From Promethearchaeota archaeon (GTDB lineage Archaea > Asgardarchaeota > Lokiarchaeia > Sigyniarchaeales > SOKP01): a DNA stretch of 64,000 bases. The stretch lies in contig RDOA01000011.1 of NCBI GenBank assembly GCA_011364925.1, forward strand, positions 1-64,000, in the 5' to 3' direction. Position 1 is the stretch's first letter. Every line of letters starts with the position of its first letter. Under the pieces are notes generated by a model. That model searched no databases. It saw only the letters and a program-made list of their open reading frames with translations, and was not told where the DNA came from. Below are positions 9,669-18,980 of this stretch, piece after piece. The position numbers and the translations under genes are program-made.

Positions 9669-10865
9669 ATGTCTGAAGATAAAGATATATACTCTCAATT
9701 AGGAGTCTCTTCAAAAAAGGAAGAAGTCCATAAAGCAATAAAGTTCACTGATCCTGGCTTATTTCCCGGATCATTCTGTAAAATTGCGCCAGATGTAAGT
9801 AGAAGAGATAATTATTGCTCTGTTTTCCATTCTGATGGGGCAGGTACAAAATCTAGCTTAGCGTATATGTATTATAAAGAAACAGAGGATATTTCTGTGT
9901 TCAGAGGGATAGTAAGAGATGCTTTAGTTATGAATATAGACGATATTATATGCGTAGGGGCTACGGGTAATTTCTTTGTTTCCAACAATATTGGCAGAAA
10001 TAGCCGGTATATCTCTGGAGAAATTATTAATACAATTATCAACGAATACTACAGTTATAGCGAAAAGCTCTCTGAATACGGTTTAAATATAATTGTGTGT
10101 GGGGGCGAAACAGCCGATGTTGGGGACATTGTCAAAACGATACTCGTCGATGCGTCGGTCTTTTCTACGATGAAGAGGAACGAGGTAATTAATGCATCCG
10201 ACATTCAAAACGGTGATATAATAATTGGATTAGCAAGCGATGGCAAGGCTTCTTATGAAGACGATTTTAATAGCGGAATAGGGAGTAACGGATTAACTTT
10301 AGCTAGACATGGACTTCTCTCCCACACATACTACACGAAATATCCTGAATGTTATGATAAGAACCTCAATGAGCATTTAACCTTCTTTGGAAATTATCAA
10401 CTTACAGATAAGGTAAAAGATTTAAGTATGAACATTGGAAATGCACTTTTATCTCCTACAAGAACTTATAGTCCTATATTACTTGAGATATTAAAACACT
10501 ATCGTAATGATATTCACGGTATTATCCATAATACTGGTGGTGGTCAGACGAAAGTCCTTAATTATGGTCAAGGAATTAAGTATTTGAAAAATAATCTCTT
10601 CAAACCTCCAATAATTTTTGAATTGATACAAAAATCTTCAGAGACTCATTGGAAGGAGATGTATCAAGTATTTAACATGGGCCATCGAATGGAACTCTAT
10701 TGTAATGAATCGATAGCTAAGGATGTTATGAGAATCGCAAAGAAGTATAATGTTGATTCAAAAATTATCGGTCAATGTGAAGAATCGCATCTGAAAAAAA
10801 AGAATACACTTGAAATTAAATCAGAATTTGGATCATTTGAGTATAAGCAAGATAGTAAAAGTTAA
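9669..10865 (+). CDS. purM: Phosphoribosylformylglycinamidine cyclo-ligase (AIR synthetase), Bacteroidetes-type
   Basis: GVSSKKEEVH, DGAGTKS, GGETADV, GSNGLT, LLSPTRTY, HNTGGG, VFNMGHR. Confidence 0.9.
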   Translation: MSEDKDIYSQLGVSSKKEEVHKAIKFTDPGLFPGSFCKIAPDVSRRDNYCSVFHSDGAGTKSSLAYMYYKETEDISVFRGIVRDALVMNIDDIICVGATGNFFVSNNIGRNSRYISGEIINTIINEYYSYSEKLSEYGLNIIVCGGETADVGDIVKTILVDASVFSTMKRNEVINASDIQNGDIIIGLASDGKASYEDDFNSGIGSNGLTLARHGLLSHTYYTKYPECYDKNLNEHLTFFGNYQLTDKVKDLSMNIGNALLSPTRTYSPILLEILKHYRNDIHGIIHNTGGGQTKVLNYGQGIKYLKNNLFKPPIIFELIQKSSETHWKEMYQVFNMGHRMELYCNESIAKDVMRIAKKYNVDSKIIGQCEESHLKKKNTLEIKSEFGSFEYKQDSKS

Positions 10866-10872
10866 TATCGAA

Positions 10873-11847
10873 GTGATAAACATTTTTGATGTAATTTGTA
10901 TCGGGGCAGCACTCATTGATATCGTTGCTCAAGTAGACAGGCACCCACACGATGATGATGAGGTATTTGTATCACAATTGAATTTATTTTCGGGAGGCGC
11001 TGCTGCTAACACTGCTTACGCCTGTGGAAAAATGGGCTTATCAGTAGCTTTTATTGGAAAATTAGGAGAAGCAGATGTCTTCAATAATAAAATAGTTAAC
11101 GATTTCAAAGAAGGCTCTGTTGAGACTAAGTTAATTAAATACTCAACTTTTTATAAGACAGGATCTACATATATTGTTTTAAATAGTAAGGGAGAAAGGA
11201 GGATATATGCCTATAGTGGTGCCGCTAATTATCTATCTGAAAATGATATTTTGGAAGAAGAGATATCTGGAACTAAACTTATCTATCTAAGTAGCCTCAG
11301 AAACATAGAACCATTTATATATGCTTCAAATCTTAGCAGAAATTATAAAATTCCTGTCGTTCTAAATCCTGGTATGTTGATCGTAGAACAAGGCTTTGAT
11401 AATATCAAAGAATTATTAGAAAAAGTTGATATCTTAATACTTTCTAAAAATGAATTTAAAACATTGTTTAATTTCAGAGAGAATAATCTAAGTAAAAATC
11501 TAATTAAAGAAAATTCCACGACTCTATTCTCTTTAGGAATAAAAGTTATAATTGTCACACTTGGTAAAAAAGGATCATTTTTATTAACTCCCAAACACCG
11601 CGAGATAATACAACCTCTAAAAGTAGAAAAGGTACTAGATACCACAGGAGCTGGTGATGCTTTTTCTGCAGGTTTTATATTTGGCTTACTTCAGAATTTC
11701 AGACTAACATTTGAACACTTGAAAAGTTATACAAAAATTGGTAATTTCGTAGCTGGACATTGTATACAAAAGTTAGGTGCGAGAAATGGAATTCCAGAAA
11801 GAAAAGATTTAGATTTTTTTTTGGACAGCGAGAATAAAAAAATTTAA
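10873..11847 (+). CDS. PfkB/ribokinase-family carbohydrate or nucleoside kinase
   Basis: FDVICIGAA, GGAAANTA, DTTGAGDAF. The start is uncertain (GTG 10873, ATT 10882, or TTG 10810 overlapping purM). Confidence 0.9.
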   Translation: MINIFDVICIGAALIDIVAQVDRHPHDDDEVFVSQLNLFSGGAAANTAYACGKMGLSVAFIGKLGEADVFNNKIVNDFKEGSVETKLIKYSTFYKTGSTYIVLNSKGERRIYAYSGAANYLSENDILEEEISGTKLIYLSSLRNIEPFIYASNLSRNYKIPVVLNPGMLIVEQGFDNIKELLEKVDILILSKNEFKTLFNFRENNLSKNLIKENSTTLFSLGIKVIIVTLGKKGSFLLTPKHREIIQPLKVEKVLDTTGAGDAFSAGFIFGLLQNFRLTFEHLKSYTKIGNFVAGHCIQKLGARNGIPERKDLDFFLDSENKKI

Positions 11848-11898
11848 AATATTTCGATATAATTATCTTTTAATCATACTTGTTTGCCGATGTAAATT

Positions 11899-12957
11899 AT
11901 GAGAAGAACCGATAATCCTTTAAAAATGATATTAAGGCAACGATTTTATTATCTTTTAGAAGTTTTAATCGTTTTTCTTGGTATTTTTATTTTCATGCTC
12001 ATCCCAGCTTTTCTATTGCCATTATTTATTGGTCATAATTCTGTTGCCTTTGAACCTCTTTATTATTGTTTAAGAATGATTATAATTGTTTGTGCGATTC
12101 CCTTATTTTTGTATTTAGCTAATTTTATAATGGAAAAACAGCGTAAAAGATTAATATTAAAAGAGGATATTAGTCCCTCTAAAAACTTCTTAAATTTATT
12201 TAAAATAACTAAAAAAAATTTTAAATTTCAGCTTTTATACGGTATATTGTTGCTTTTTCTAATCTTTATACCATTAGATTTTTTTACATATTTGTTAATA
12301 CCTGAAATGCTCTCTTACACATCGACTGTACTGGTTACCGGATATAATTCTTATTTTTTTGGAGATTATTCTATTTTCGTCTTGTCGATTGTATTCATTC
12401 CTCTCTTTGTTGCAATTTATGAGGAATCTTTAACAAGAGGCTTTTTAACGAATAGAGGTTGCGATTATTTTAATAAAATGTCAGCTGTGATAATAAGTTC
12501 CTTTTTTTTTGGATTAGGACATTTTGGTTACGCCTTAGTAAAACCCTCGATTGATTTACCTATCATCTATCCAACAATTTGGTTTCTACAAACATTTCTA
12601 GTGGGAATTGTTCTTTCGATGGTAGTATTAAGACGCCATTGGCTCTTTCCGGTAATTTTTGCACATACTTTTAATAATGTGATTTCGTCTTTTGCGATTT
12701 GGAATCATATAAATGGTCAAGATTTTTCATTCATGGCGATCTATGTCTATATACCATTACTTATTATTGGTATAATACTATTCATTTGGCAATTTTCTAG
12801 AATTAAAGAGAGTTTATCGATAGGTTTTAACGAATTCAAGACCTATTTCACACGTGATAAAAGTATAAAGGAAAAGTCATTGGATGTAATTATTAGGATA
12901 ATAATGGACTTATTATTTGGAATAATTATCTTCTTGGTTGGTGTAATTTTATTATAG
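11899..12957 (+). CDS. CPBP/Abi (CAAX-type) intramembrane glutamic protease
   Basis: Multiple TM helices; EExxxRG, FFGLGH and HTFNN motifs. Confidence 0.85.
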   Translation: MRRTDNPLKMILRQRFYYLLEVLIVFLGIFIFMLIPAFLLPLFIGHNSVAFEPLYYCLRMIIIVCAIPLFLYLANFIMEKQRKRLILKEDISPSKNFLNLFKITKKNFKFQLLYGILLLFLIFIPLDFFTYLLIPEMLSYTSTVLVTGYNSYFFGDYSIFVLSIVFIPLFVAIYEESLTRGFLTNRGCDYFNKMSAVIISSFFFGLGHFGYALVKPSIDLPIIYPTIWFLQTFLVGIVLSMVVLRRHWLFPVIFAHTFNNVISSFAIWNHINGQDFSFMAIYVYIPLLIIGIILFIWQFSRIKESLSIGFNEFKTYFTRDKSIKEKSLDVIIRIIMDLLFGIIIFLVGVILL

Positions 12958-12972
12958 TGAGAATTGGTAGCA

Positions 12973-13497
12973 ATGGTCAAATTTGGAATACTTTCTGATA
13001 CCCATTTATCAATTAATCATGATCTTAACTTATCCAAATCTTTGATACATCAATTAAAAGAGATTTTCCTAGATGTTGACGAAATTATCCATGTAGGAGA
13101 TATTAAAGAACTCTTTTTTTTAGACCTGTTAAGAGAAATAGCTCCAGTACAGAGTGTAAAAGGTGAAGCAGATAAAATTTCGGGTTTAAAAGAATTCATA
13201 AAGTTTTCTGCAAACAATTACAATATTGGCGTTATACATAAGCAACCTGAAAATGTACAAGATTTTTTTAAGAAAGAAAATATTCATATCCTTATTTTTG
13301 GGCACACTCATCAACCACTCATAAAGGGTACACCTTATAACACACTATTAATTAATCCCGGAAGCCCCACACTCCCCAAAGCCCCTCCACCCAAGCGAGG
13401 ATTTGATGAACCAATACCAAGACCTACTGTAATCACTCTAAAAATTGATGAAGATAATATCTTATCTACTTTTATAATAAATCTCAAAATTATGTAA
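12973..13497 (+). CDS. YfcE/MJ0936/Vps29-family metallophosphoesterase-fold protein
   Basis: SDTH, HVGD, GHTH, NPGS motifs. Confidence 0.85.
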   Translation: MVKFGILSDTHLSINHDLNLSKSLIHQLKEIFLDVDEIIHVGDIKELFFLDLLREIAPVQSVKGEADKISGLKEFIKFSANNYNIGVIHKQPENVQDFFKKENIHILIFGHTHQPLIKGTPYNTLLINPGSPTLPKAPPPKRGFDEPIPRPTVITLKIDEDNILSTFIINLKIM

Positions 13498-13593
13498 AAA
13501 TAAAGTTAAATATAATATAGTTCATATTAATTATACATAAATTATAGAAAACCTATAGTATATGATAAATAAAACTGCTAAGTGTTTATCCGT

Positions 13594-13992
13594 ATGGTAT
13601 CAAGGCTAGAACTTGTATTAAAAGAACTAAACGAGAATGGAAATTTTAGAGCGTCTTTGTTTTCAACATCAACGGGTTTGGTTTTAGCTTCCCAAAAATC
13701 TAGTGATGTTGATGATAGAGTAGTTGCTGCTATGAGTTCATTATTAAGCGATGCAGCTTATAAAGCTTCTGAAGAAATGAATTTGTCCATGCTTTCAAGT
13801 ATAAAAATAAAATATTTTGAAGACTATATTGTATGCAGAAATATACTAATGCCTGATCAAAAAACGCAATTCATTCTAGCTGTTTTATCTAAGAAACCCG
13901 AATCCTATGAAATTGAATCTTATTATGATCAGCTTCTTGATTGGGCTGTAGATAACGCAACACCTGATTTAGAAAAACTTTCTTCTATTTAA
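13594..13992 (+). CDS. Roadblock/LC7 (MglB/LAMTOR-like) domain protein
   Basis: LxxL helix, STGLVLAS, VAAMSSLL…A…, terminal FILAVL strand; about 130 aa. Confidence 0.8.
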   Translation: MVSRLELVLKELNENGNFRASLFSTSTGLVLASQKSSDVDDRVVAAMSSLLSDAAYKASEEMNLSMLSSIKIKYFEDYIVCRNILMPDQKTQFILAVLSKKPESYEIESYYDQLLDWAVDNATPDLEKLSSI

Positions 13993-14104
13993 TAAACATT
14001 ATTCTTCCGTAGTAATCATATTCTTTTCTTTAAAAGTCAGGATTATAACTATTTTTATAACTTAGAACTGTTAAATTTAATAGTTATTGTTTTATTTTGA
14101 GTTT

Positions 14105-15142
14105 ATGAAAGCAGCATTCATAAAAAACCATGGTAGCTCAGATCAACTACTAGTTGGAGATCTCGAGGTTCCAAAAATAAAGACAACCGAAGTATTAGTT
14201 AAGGCAAAATATGGAGCTTTAAACCATATTGATGTTTTTTTGATAAAAGGCTGGCCAGGATTAAAATTAAGTATGCCTCATGTACTAGGAAGCGATGGAA
14301 GTGGAATTGTAAAGGAAGTTGGAGCTGCGGTAACAACTATTCGTGAAGGAGATAAAGTAGCAATAAATCCTGGATTAAGTTGTGGTAAATGCGAATATTG
14401 TTTATCTGGCAATCAGAATTTCTGTAAAATTTTTTCTATCTTGGGAGAACATAAATGGGGGACTTATTGCGAATATTTTAAAATTCCTGAAGAAAATGCT
14501 ATACAATTACCTACCAATTTCTCTTATGAGCTCGCTGCAGCTGCACCACTTGCTTATTTAACAGCTTGGAGGCTTTTAAAAACTCAAGCAAAGATAAAAA
14601 AAGACGAACTAGTATTGATCCATGGAGCTGGAGGAGGAGTATCTACAGCAGCTATTCAAATTGCGAAATATTTTGGAGCAAAAGTTATAACGACGACCAG
14701 CGATCAAGAAAAAATGAAAAAAGCTAAGGCTATTGGTGCAGATCATGTTATCAATTATAAAGCAAATCCTAATTACAGTAAAACGATATATTCTGAGTTA
14801 ACTCAAAAGCGAGGAATTGATGTTATAGTTGATAGCGTAGGAAAATTAACATTACCGATTAGCCTTCGACTTTTAAAACCTGGAGGTCGGCTCGTTATTC
14901 CGGGCGCGACCACAGGACCTACAACTGAGATTGATATTAGACAAATTTTCTGGAAACAACTCAAAATCATTGGTTCAACTATGAGCAATCAAAAAGAGTT
15001 TAGAGAGGTAATGAATTTAGTTTTCAATGGAGTATTGAGACCTGTTATAGATAAAAAATTCCAGTTGGAGGAAATAATTGACGCCGAGAACTATTTAAAT
15101 GAAAGTAAACAGTTTGGTAAAGTAATAGTAGAGATTTCCTAA
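14105..15142 (+). CDS. Medium-chain dehydrogenase/reductase (Zn-binding ADH/quinone oxidoreductase-like)
   Basis: PHVLGSDG, structural Zn site CGKCEYCxxxxxxxC, GAGGGV; the catalytic Zn Cys is replaced (LNHID). Confidence 0.9.
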   Translation: MKAAFIKNHGSSDQLLVGDLEVPKIKTTEVLVKAKYGALNHIDVFLIKGWPGLKLSMPHVLGSDGSGIVKEVGAAVTTIREGDKVAINPGLSCGKCEYCLSGNQNFCKIFSILGEHKWGTYCEYFKIPEENAIQLPTNFSYELAAAAPLAYLTAWRLLKTQAKIKKDELVLIHGAGGGVSTAAIQIAKYFGAKVITTTSDQEKMKKAKAIGADHVINYKANPNYSKTIYSELTQKRGIDVIVDSVGKLTLPISLRLLKPGGRLVIPGATTGPTTEIDIRQIFWKQLKIIGSTMSNQKEFREVMNLVFNGVLRPVIDKKFQLEEIIDAENYLNESKQFGKVIVEIS

Positions 15143-15145
15143 ATC

Positions 15146-15787
15146 CTATTCTGATAATATCAAAAAGAACTCGTATGATTCATCTGCAACTTTAGTTTCA
15201 AATCCCAAATAGAAATGATCCGCTCCATTAATAATTCGGTATCTCTTCGGCTCTAAATAATAATCATAATGTTTTTTAAAATTTTTATAGGGCGCGATGT
15301 TATCCCGATTTCCTTGAATAAATAATTTGTGTTTTTCACTCTGCGAAAGGTTTTTATATTCCGATCCCATAAAATCCCATGGAAAAGAAATAGCACAATA
15401 ACCAATTATCTGCTTACAATAATTTATTGCAGAACAACCTATTGCAGCACCATAAGAATAACCATAAATTATTACTTTTTCGAAGTTATGCTCATTCAGA
15501 AGAAAATCGATACAAGCTTTAACATCACGGAGTTCTCCTTGTCCATTAGTATGATATCCCGTCGAACATCCAACTCCTCTAAAATTAAATCGTAAACAAG
15601 AAACATTCTTTTGAATAAAATTATCAAAAATACAAGAAACTACATTATTATACATATTACCTCCATATTGAGGATGTGGGTGACAGACTAAAGTAGCTAT
15701 AGGTACTTCTAGTTTACTTGATGTATACAACTCAGCTTCAAGCTTTCTATCATTATCGCTTATGAATATTTTTTCAACACTACACAT
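15146..15787 (-). CDS. Alpha/beta hydrolase (COG2945-like)
   Basis: HPHPQYGGNMYNNVV, RFNFRGVG, GYSYG nucleophile elbow, ADHF. Confidence 0.9.
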   Translation of the reverse strand: MCSVEKIFISDNDRKLEAELYTSSKLEVPIATLVCHPHPQYGGNMYNNVVSCIFDNFIQKNVSCLRFNFRGVGCSTGYHTNGQGELRDVKACIDFLLNEHNFEKVIIYGYSYGAAIGCSAINYCKQIIGYCAISFPWDFMGSEYKNLSQSEKHKLFIQGNRDNIAPYKNFKKHYDYYLEPKRYRIINGADHFYLGFETKVADESYEFFLILSE

Positions 15788-15843
15788 AATTTTAATTAAT
15801 CATTAATCTATAATAATAATACTGTATATAAGATCTGGTGAAA

Positions 15844-16698
15844 ATGAGTTATAATCGTATCTTAATGGAGAAAAAGTTAAAGGAATATTTAATCGAAGAT
15901 AACGCTTTTATCGACATTAGCTCAAAATCGATTCCTAAAGACTCAACCACAAATGCAAAGATTATTGCCAAAAGCGACGGGTTTTTGGCGGGATTAGAAG
16001 AACTCGAAACCTTATTTCATCTTTTAGATGTGAATATCACTCCTAAAAAAAAAGATGGCGATGAAATCTTCACCGGAGATATCATAGCAGAATTGACCGG
16101 AAGAACCATAGATATCTTGTTAGGCGAACGGGTAGGGTTAAATCTTCTATCTCATATGAGCGCGATATCAACAACAACTCGGAGATTTGTTAAAATAATT
16201 GAAGAGTCTGGTAAAAACGTAAAAATAGCTTGCACGAGAAAAACATTACCTGGTTTAAGAATTTTTGAAAAAAAAGCTGTAGACATTGGAAAAGGAGATA
16301 CTCATCGCTTTAATTTAGATGACATGATTCTTTTAAAATCCACCCATTTGAAATATTATAACGGAAATGTAGCTGAACTACTCAAGTATACGAAACGTAA
16401 CGCTAGTTTTACGAAAAAAATAGAAATTGAGCTAGAAAAAGTTAACGATGTCATTTCAGCAGCAGAAAACGGTGCAGATATAATAATGCTGGACAACATG
16501 AACCCTGATAATGTTCAAGACGCAATTAATTTATTGAAGCAACACAATTTACGTGATCAAGTTATAATTGAAGTGTCCGGAAATATTACACAAGAAAATA
16601 TAGTAGATTACTTAATTTCAGGACCTGATATAATTAGTACGAGTATTTTAACTCAAAAACCCACTGAATTTGTAGATATATCCCTTCAATTCGAATGA
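15844..16698 (+). CDS. nadC: Nicotinate-nucleotide pyrophosphorylase (quinolinate phosphoribosyltransferase)
   Basis: ERVGLN, CTRKTLPGLR, HRFNLDD, GADIIMLDN, EVSGNIT. Confidence 0.88.
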   Translation: MSYNRILMEKKLKEYLIEDNAFIDISSKSIPKDSTTNAKIIAKSDGFLAGLEELETLFHLLDVNITPKKKDGDEIFTGDIIAELTGRTIDILLGERVGLNLLSHMSAISTTTRRFVKIIEESGKNVKIACTRKTLPGLRIFEKKAVDIGKGDTHRFNLDDMILLKSTHLKYYNGNVAELLKYTKRNASFTKKIEIELEKVNDVISAAENGADIIMLDNMNPDNVQDAINLLKQHNLRDQVIIEVSGNITQENIVDYLISGPDIISTSILTQKPTEFVDISLQFE

Positions 16699-16710
16699 AT
16701 CTTATCAAAG

Positions 16711-17103
16711 TTAATCGATTATCACTTCGTGAATAGAACTTATTACATCTTTAATTTTAACTAATGCTTGATAAAGATCCTTTATAATTCCGAACTCACC
16801 TACTACTAGTACAATCTCAATCTTTTTATCAGCAATTCTCCAATCAGTAATAGCTTTAATAATTAAATGAAAATTATGATAAAGTTCAGAAATTTCATCT
16901 GTAATTGGTTCTTTAAAAGGATATACAAGATTTATATTCATAATCCTATATCCATCTAAATTTTCGAATTTTTCATGACTCTCAATAAATTTTAATATAG
17001 AATCTCTCAAGGCTTCACTTTTTGAACTGAACCCACTTTGATTTCGAACTTTCTCGAATCTATCTAACAAATCATCGCTAATTTGAAGAGAAATGATTTT
17101 CAT
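16711..17103 (-). CDS. Ribbon-helix-helix (CopG/NikR-like) transcription regulator with ACT-like C-terminus
   Basis: IISLQISDDLL…GFSSKSEALRD RHH signature. Confidence 0.8.
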   Translation of the reverse strand: MKIISLQISDDLLDRFEKVRNQSGFSSKSEALRDSILKFIESHEKFENLDGYRIMNINLVYPFKEPITDEISELYHNFHLIIKAITDWRIADKKIEIVLVVGEFGIIKDLYQALVKIKDVISSIHEVIID

Positions 17104-17172
17104 TATATATTCTATAAGATAGAAACATAAATAAGTGTATGAAAAATCAATTAAAAAAAAAGTAAGGAAGAA

Positions 17173-18774
17173 CTATGCCCTTCTTTTCTTTAGGATTATC
17201 ATAGTAATTCCAACGGCGGAGAGAATACCTCCTGGAATGGTCATACCATATAACAAACCAAGGGAGAGTACTGATGGATTAAAAGGCAAATTCATATCGT
17301 ATTGAGCCAAAATCGGGACAACCTCATCTCTAAATATTGGTAACCATTTAAGTATTGCATCTACATGGCTGTTCTCCAAATTTAAAGATGTCATAATTTC
17401 TATACGAGTTGGTTGATTTCGGTTATTCAATAAACTATACCAAGATTGAATTCCATCTGGGTTGACTAACGCAAGGTCATTTGAGGCATCAAACAAGCGT
17501 TCTGCCGATTCTAATAAAATTTCCGATGGTGTAGGTACACCAACCTCCCATCCTGAAATCCCATTACCAACTGGAAGGATTAATCCATTTGGATATAATG
17601 TTCCATTAGTCCATTGAGCATAGAATAGAATCTCAGAGTATCTTGTTACAGTCATCCCCCTGTCGTATAAAAACAAACCTGGTACCACATTTTCTTTAAA
17701 CGAATGGTTATGACCCCAAAGCCAATTAATTATAGCATCAAATTGAAAATCTTCAAGATTTAAAACTGTTTTTAAAGTTTCTTTTGTTGTATTAGCTATT
17801 TCATCAGTACCATTAGCTGCAAGCCATTTTGCTAAACCATCAGTCTCCTGTAATGATGGTAATTCACCACGATAAGTGATATTCATAAAAGCATAATCAT
17901 TTTCGGGGTTAAACAGTTCAAGGGTAGTAGCCAGAGAAAGATTAGTTGCTTGTGGAAAACCTGCTTCAAATCCAGTAACGCTATAAGGTAATCCAAGTAA
18001 ATCACCAAGATCGAGTTGACCCATTGAAGCATTTGCCCATTGGTCATAATACATAAGATTCGCAATATCTACAGTCGACAATCCTACATACTCAGGAGGA
18101 CACATTGAACTATTAAGAATTAGATTTATAGCTTCAACCATATAATAATCGATAATATAGCTAGTTAGATTAGTTAATTGACCCCATGTGGAGTTATAAT
18201 TTGTTGTGATAAAATCTCGTTTTGAATTATTCTCCATTGCTTCTTCATAGACATTCAAGTAATCTAATACACCCCAACCTACCTCTACATCTTCCATTAA
18301 ACCGGGTAATCCGATTGTCTCATTACCAAAGGTTAACTTTTCGAGAGCGGTGGCAGTATAGTTTAAGGACATTGTAGCGTTAGTTATATATTCAGATATA
18401 CCTTTAATTGGAGGATAACCCAAACTTGTTAGAAGAGTACTCAGTGTTTGGTAATTAAAAATTAAATTAATTCCAGCCATTGCAAGAAGATTGTAGAACT
18501 CGCTTAAACTGCCAGCTACAAATGTACAGTTGACTAAGAAATGGATTAAAGGAAATCCTTCTGTATACACGCCTGATAACACATCTGGTATCGCCATGAT
18601 TTTAAGAGTATTATTAATTTCAGGGACCATTTCTTGTTGAATACCTAGAAGCGCTTCTGGAACTCCTTCAGCCATTTCATTATTTATCATCATGCTCATT
18701 CCTACTCCAGTAGGTATTAATCCAACTCCAATAATAATTGCAAGAATACTTAAAACCTCACCTTTCTTAGACAT
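17173..18774 (-). CDS. Membrane-anchored glycoprotein with N- and C-terminal hydrophobic helices and an internal repeat
   Basis: N-terminal hydrophobic helix, C-terminal TM followed by KKRRA, about 15 N-x-S/T sequons. Confidence 0.75.
   Translation of the reverse strand: MSKKGEVLSILAIIIGVGLIPTGVGMSMMINNEMAEGVPEALLGIQQEMVPEINNTLKIMAIPDVLSGVYTEGFPLIHFLVNCTFVAGSLSEFYNLLAMAGINLIFNYQTLSTLLTSLGYPPIKGISEYITNATMSLNYTATALEKLTFGNETIGLPGLMEDVEVGWGVLDYLNVYEEAMENNSKRDFITTNYNSTWGQLTNLTSYIIDYYMVEAINLILNSSMCPPEYVGLSTVDIANLMYYDQWANASMGQLDLGDLLGLPYSVTGFEAGFPQATNLSLATTLELFNPENDYAFMNITYRGELPSLQETDGLAKWLAANGTDEIANTTKETLKTVLNLEDFQFDAIINWLWGHNHSFKENVVPGLFLYDRGMTVTRYSEILFYAQWTNGTLYPNGLILPVGNGISGWEVGVPTPSEILLESAERLFDASNDLALVNPDGIQSWYSLLNNRNQPTRIEIMTSLNLENSHVDAILKWLPIFRDEVVPILAQYDMNLPFNPSVLSLGLLYGMTIPGGILSAVGITMIILKKRRA
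17308..18084 (-). repeat. Two-copy intragenic protein repeat (about 120-140 aa units)
   Basis: YYDQWANAS/FYAQWTNGT; GFEAGFP/GWEVGVP; LFNPENDYAFMN/LFDASNDLALVN; LNLEDFQFDAIINWL/LNLENSHVDAILKWL; FKENVVP/FRDEVVP. Confidence 0.85.
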
Positions 18775-18980
18775 GACACATCAAATCTTTATATTACACT
18801 TTTTTAATTTATAAAATCTACAATTTCTATCATAAGATAAAATACTATTTAAAGATTTATCAATTATTGATCACGATCAATGCTCACTATTAATTAATAA
18901 TATGTCCAATCATTTTTGATAATAATCAAAAATAAGCTTAATAAGAAATTTGAAATAGTAAAAAATAAAGTATAAAAATT

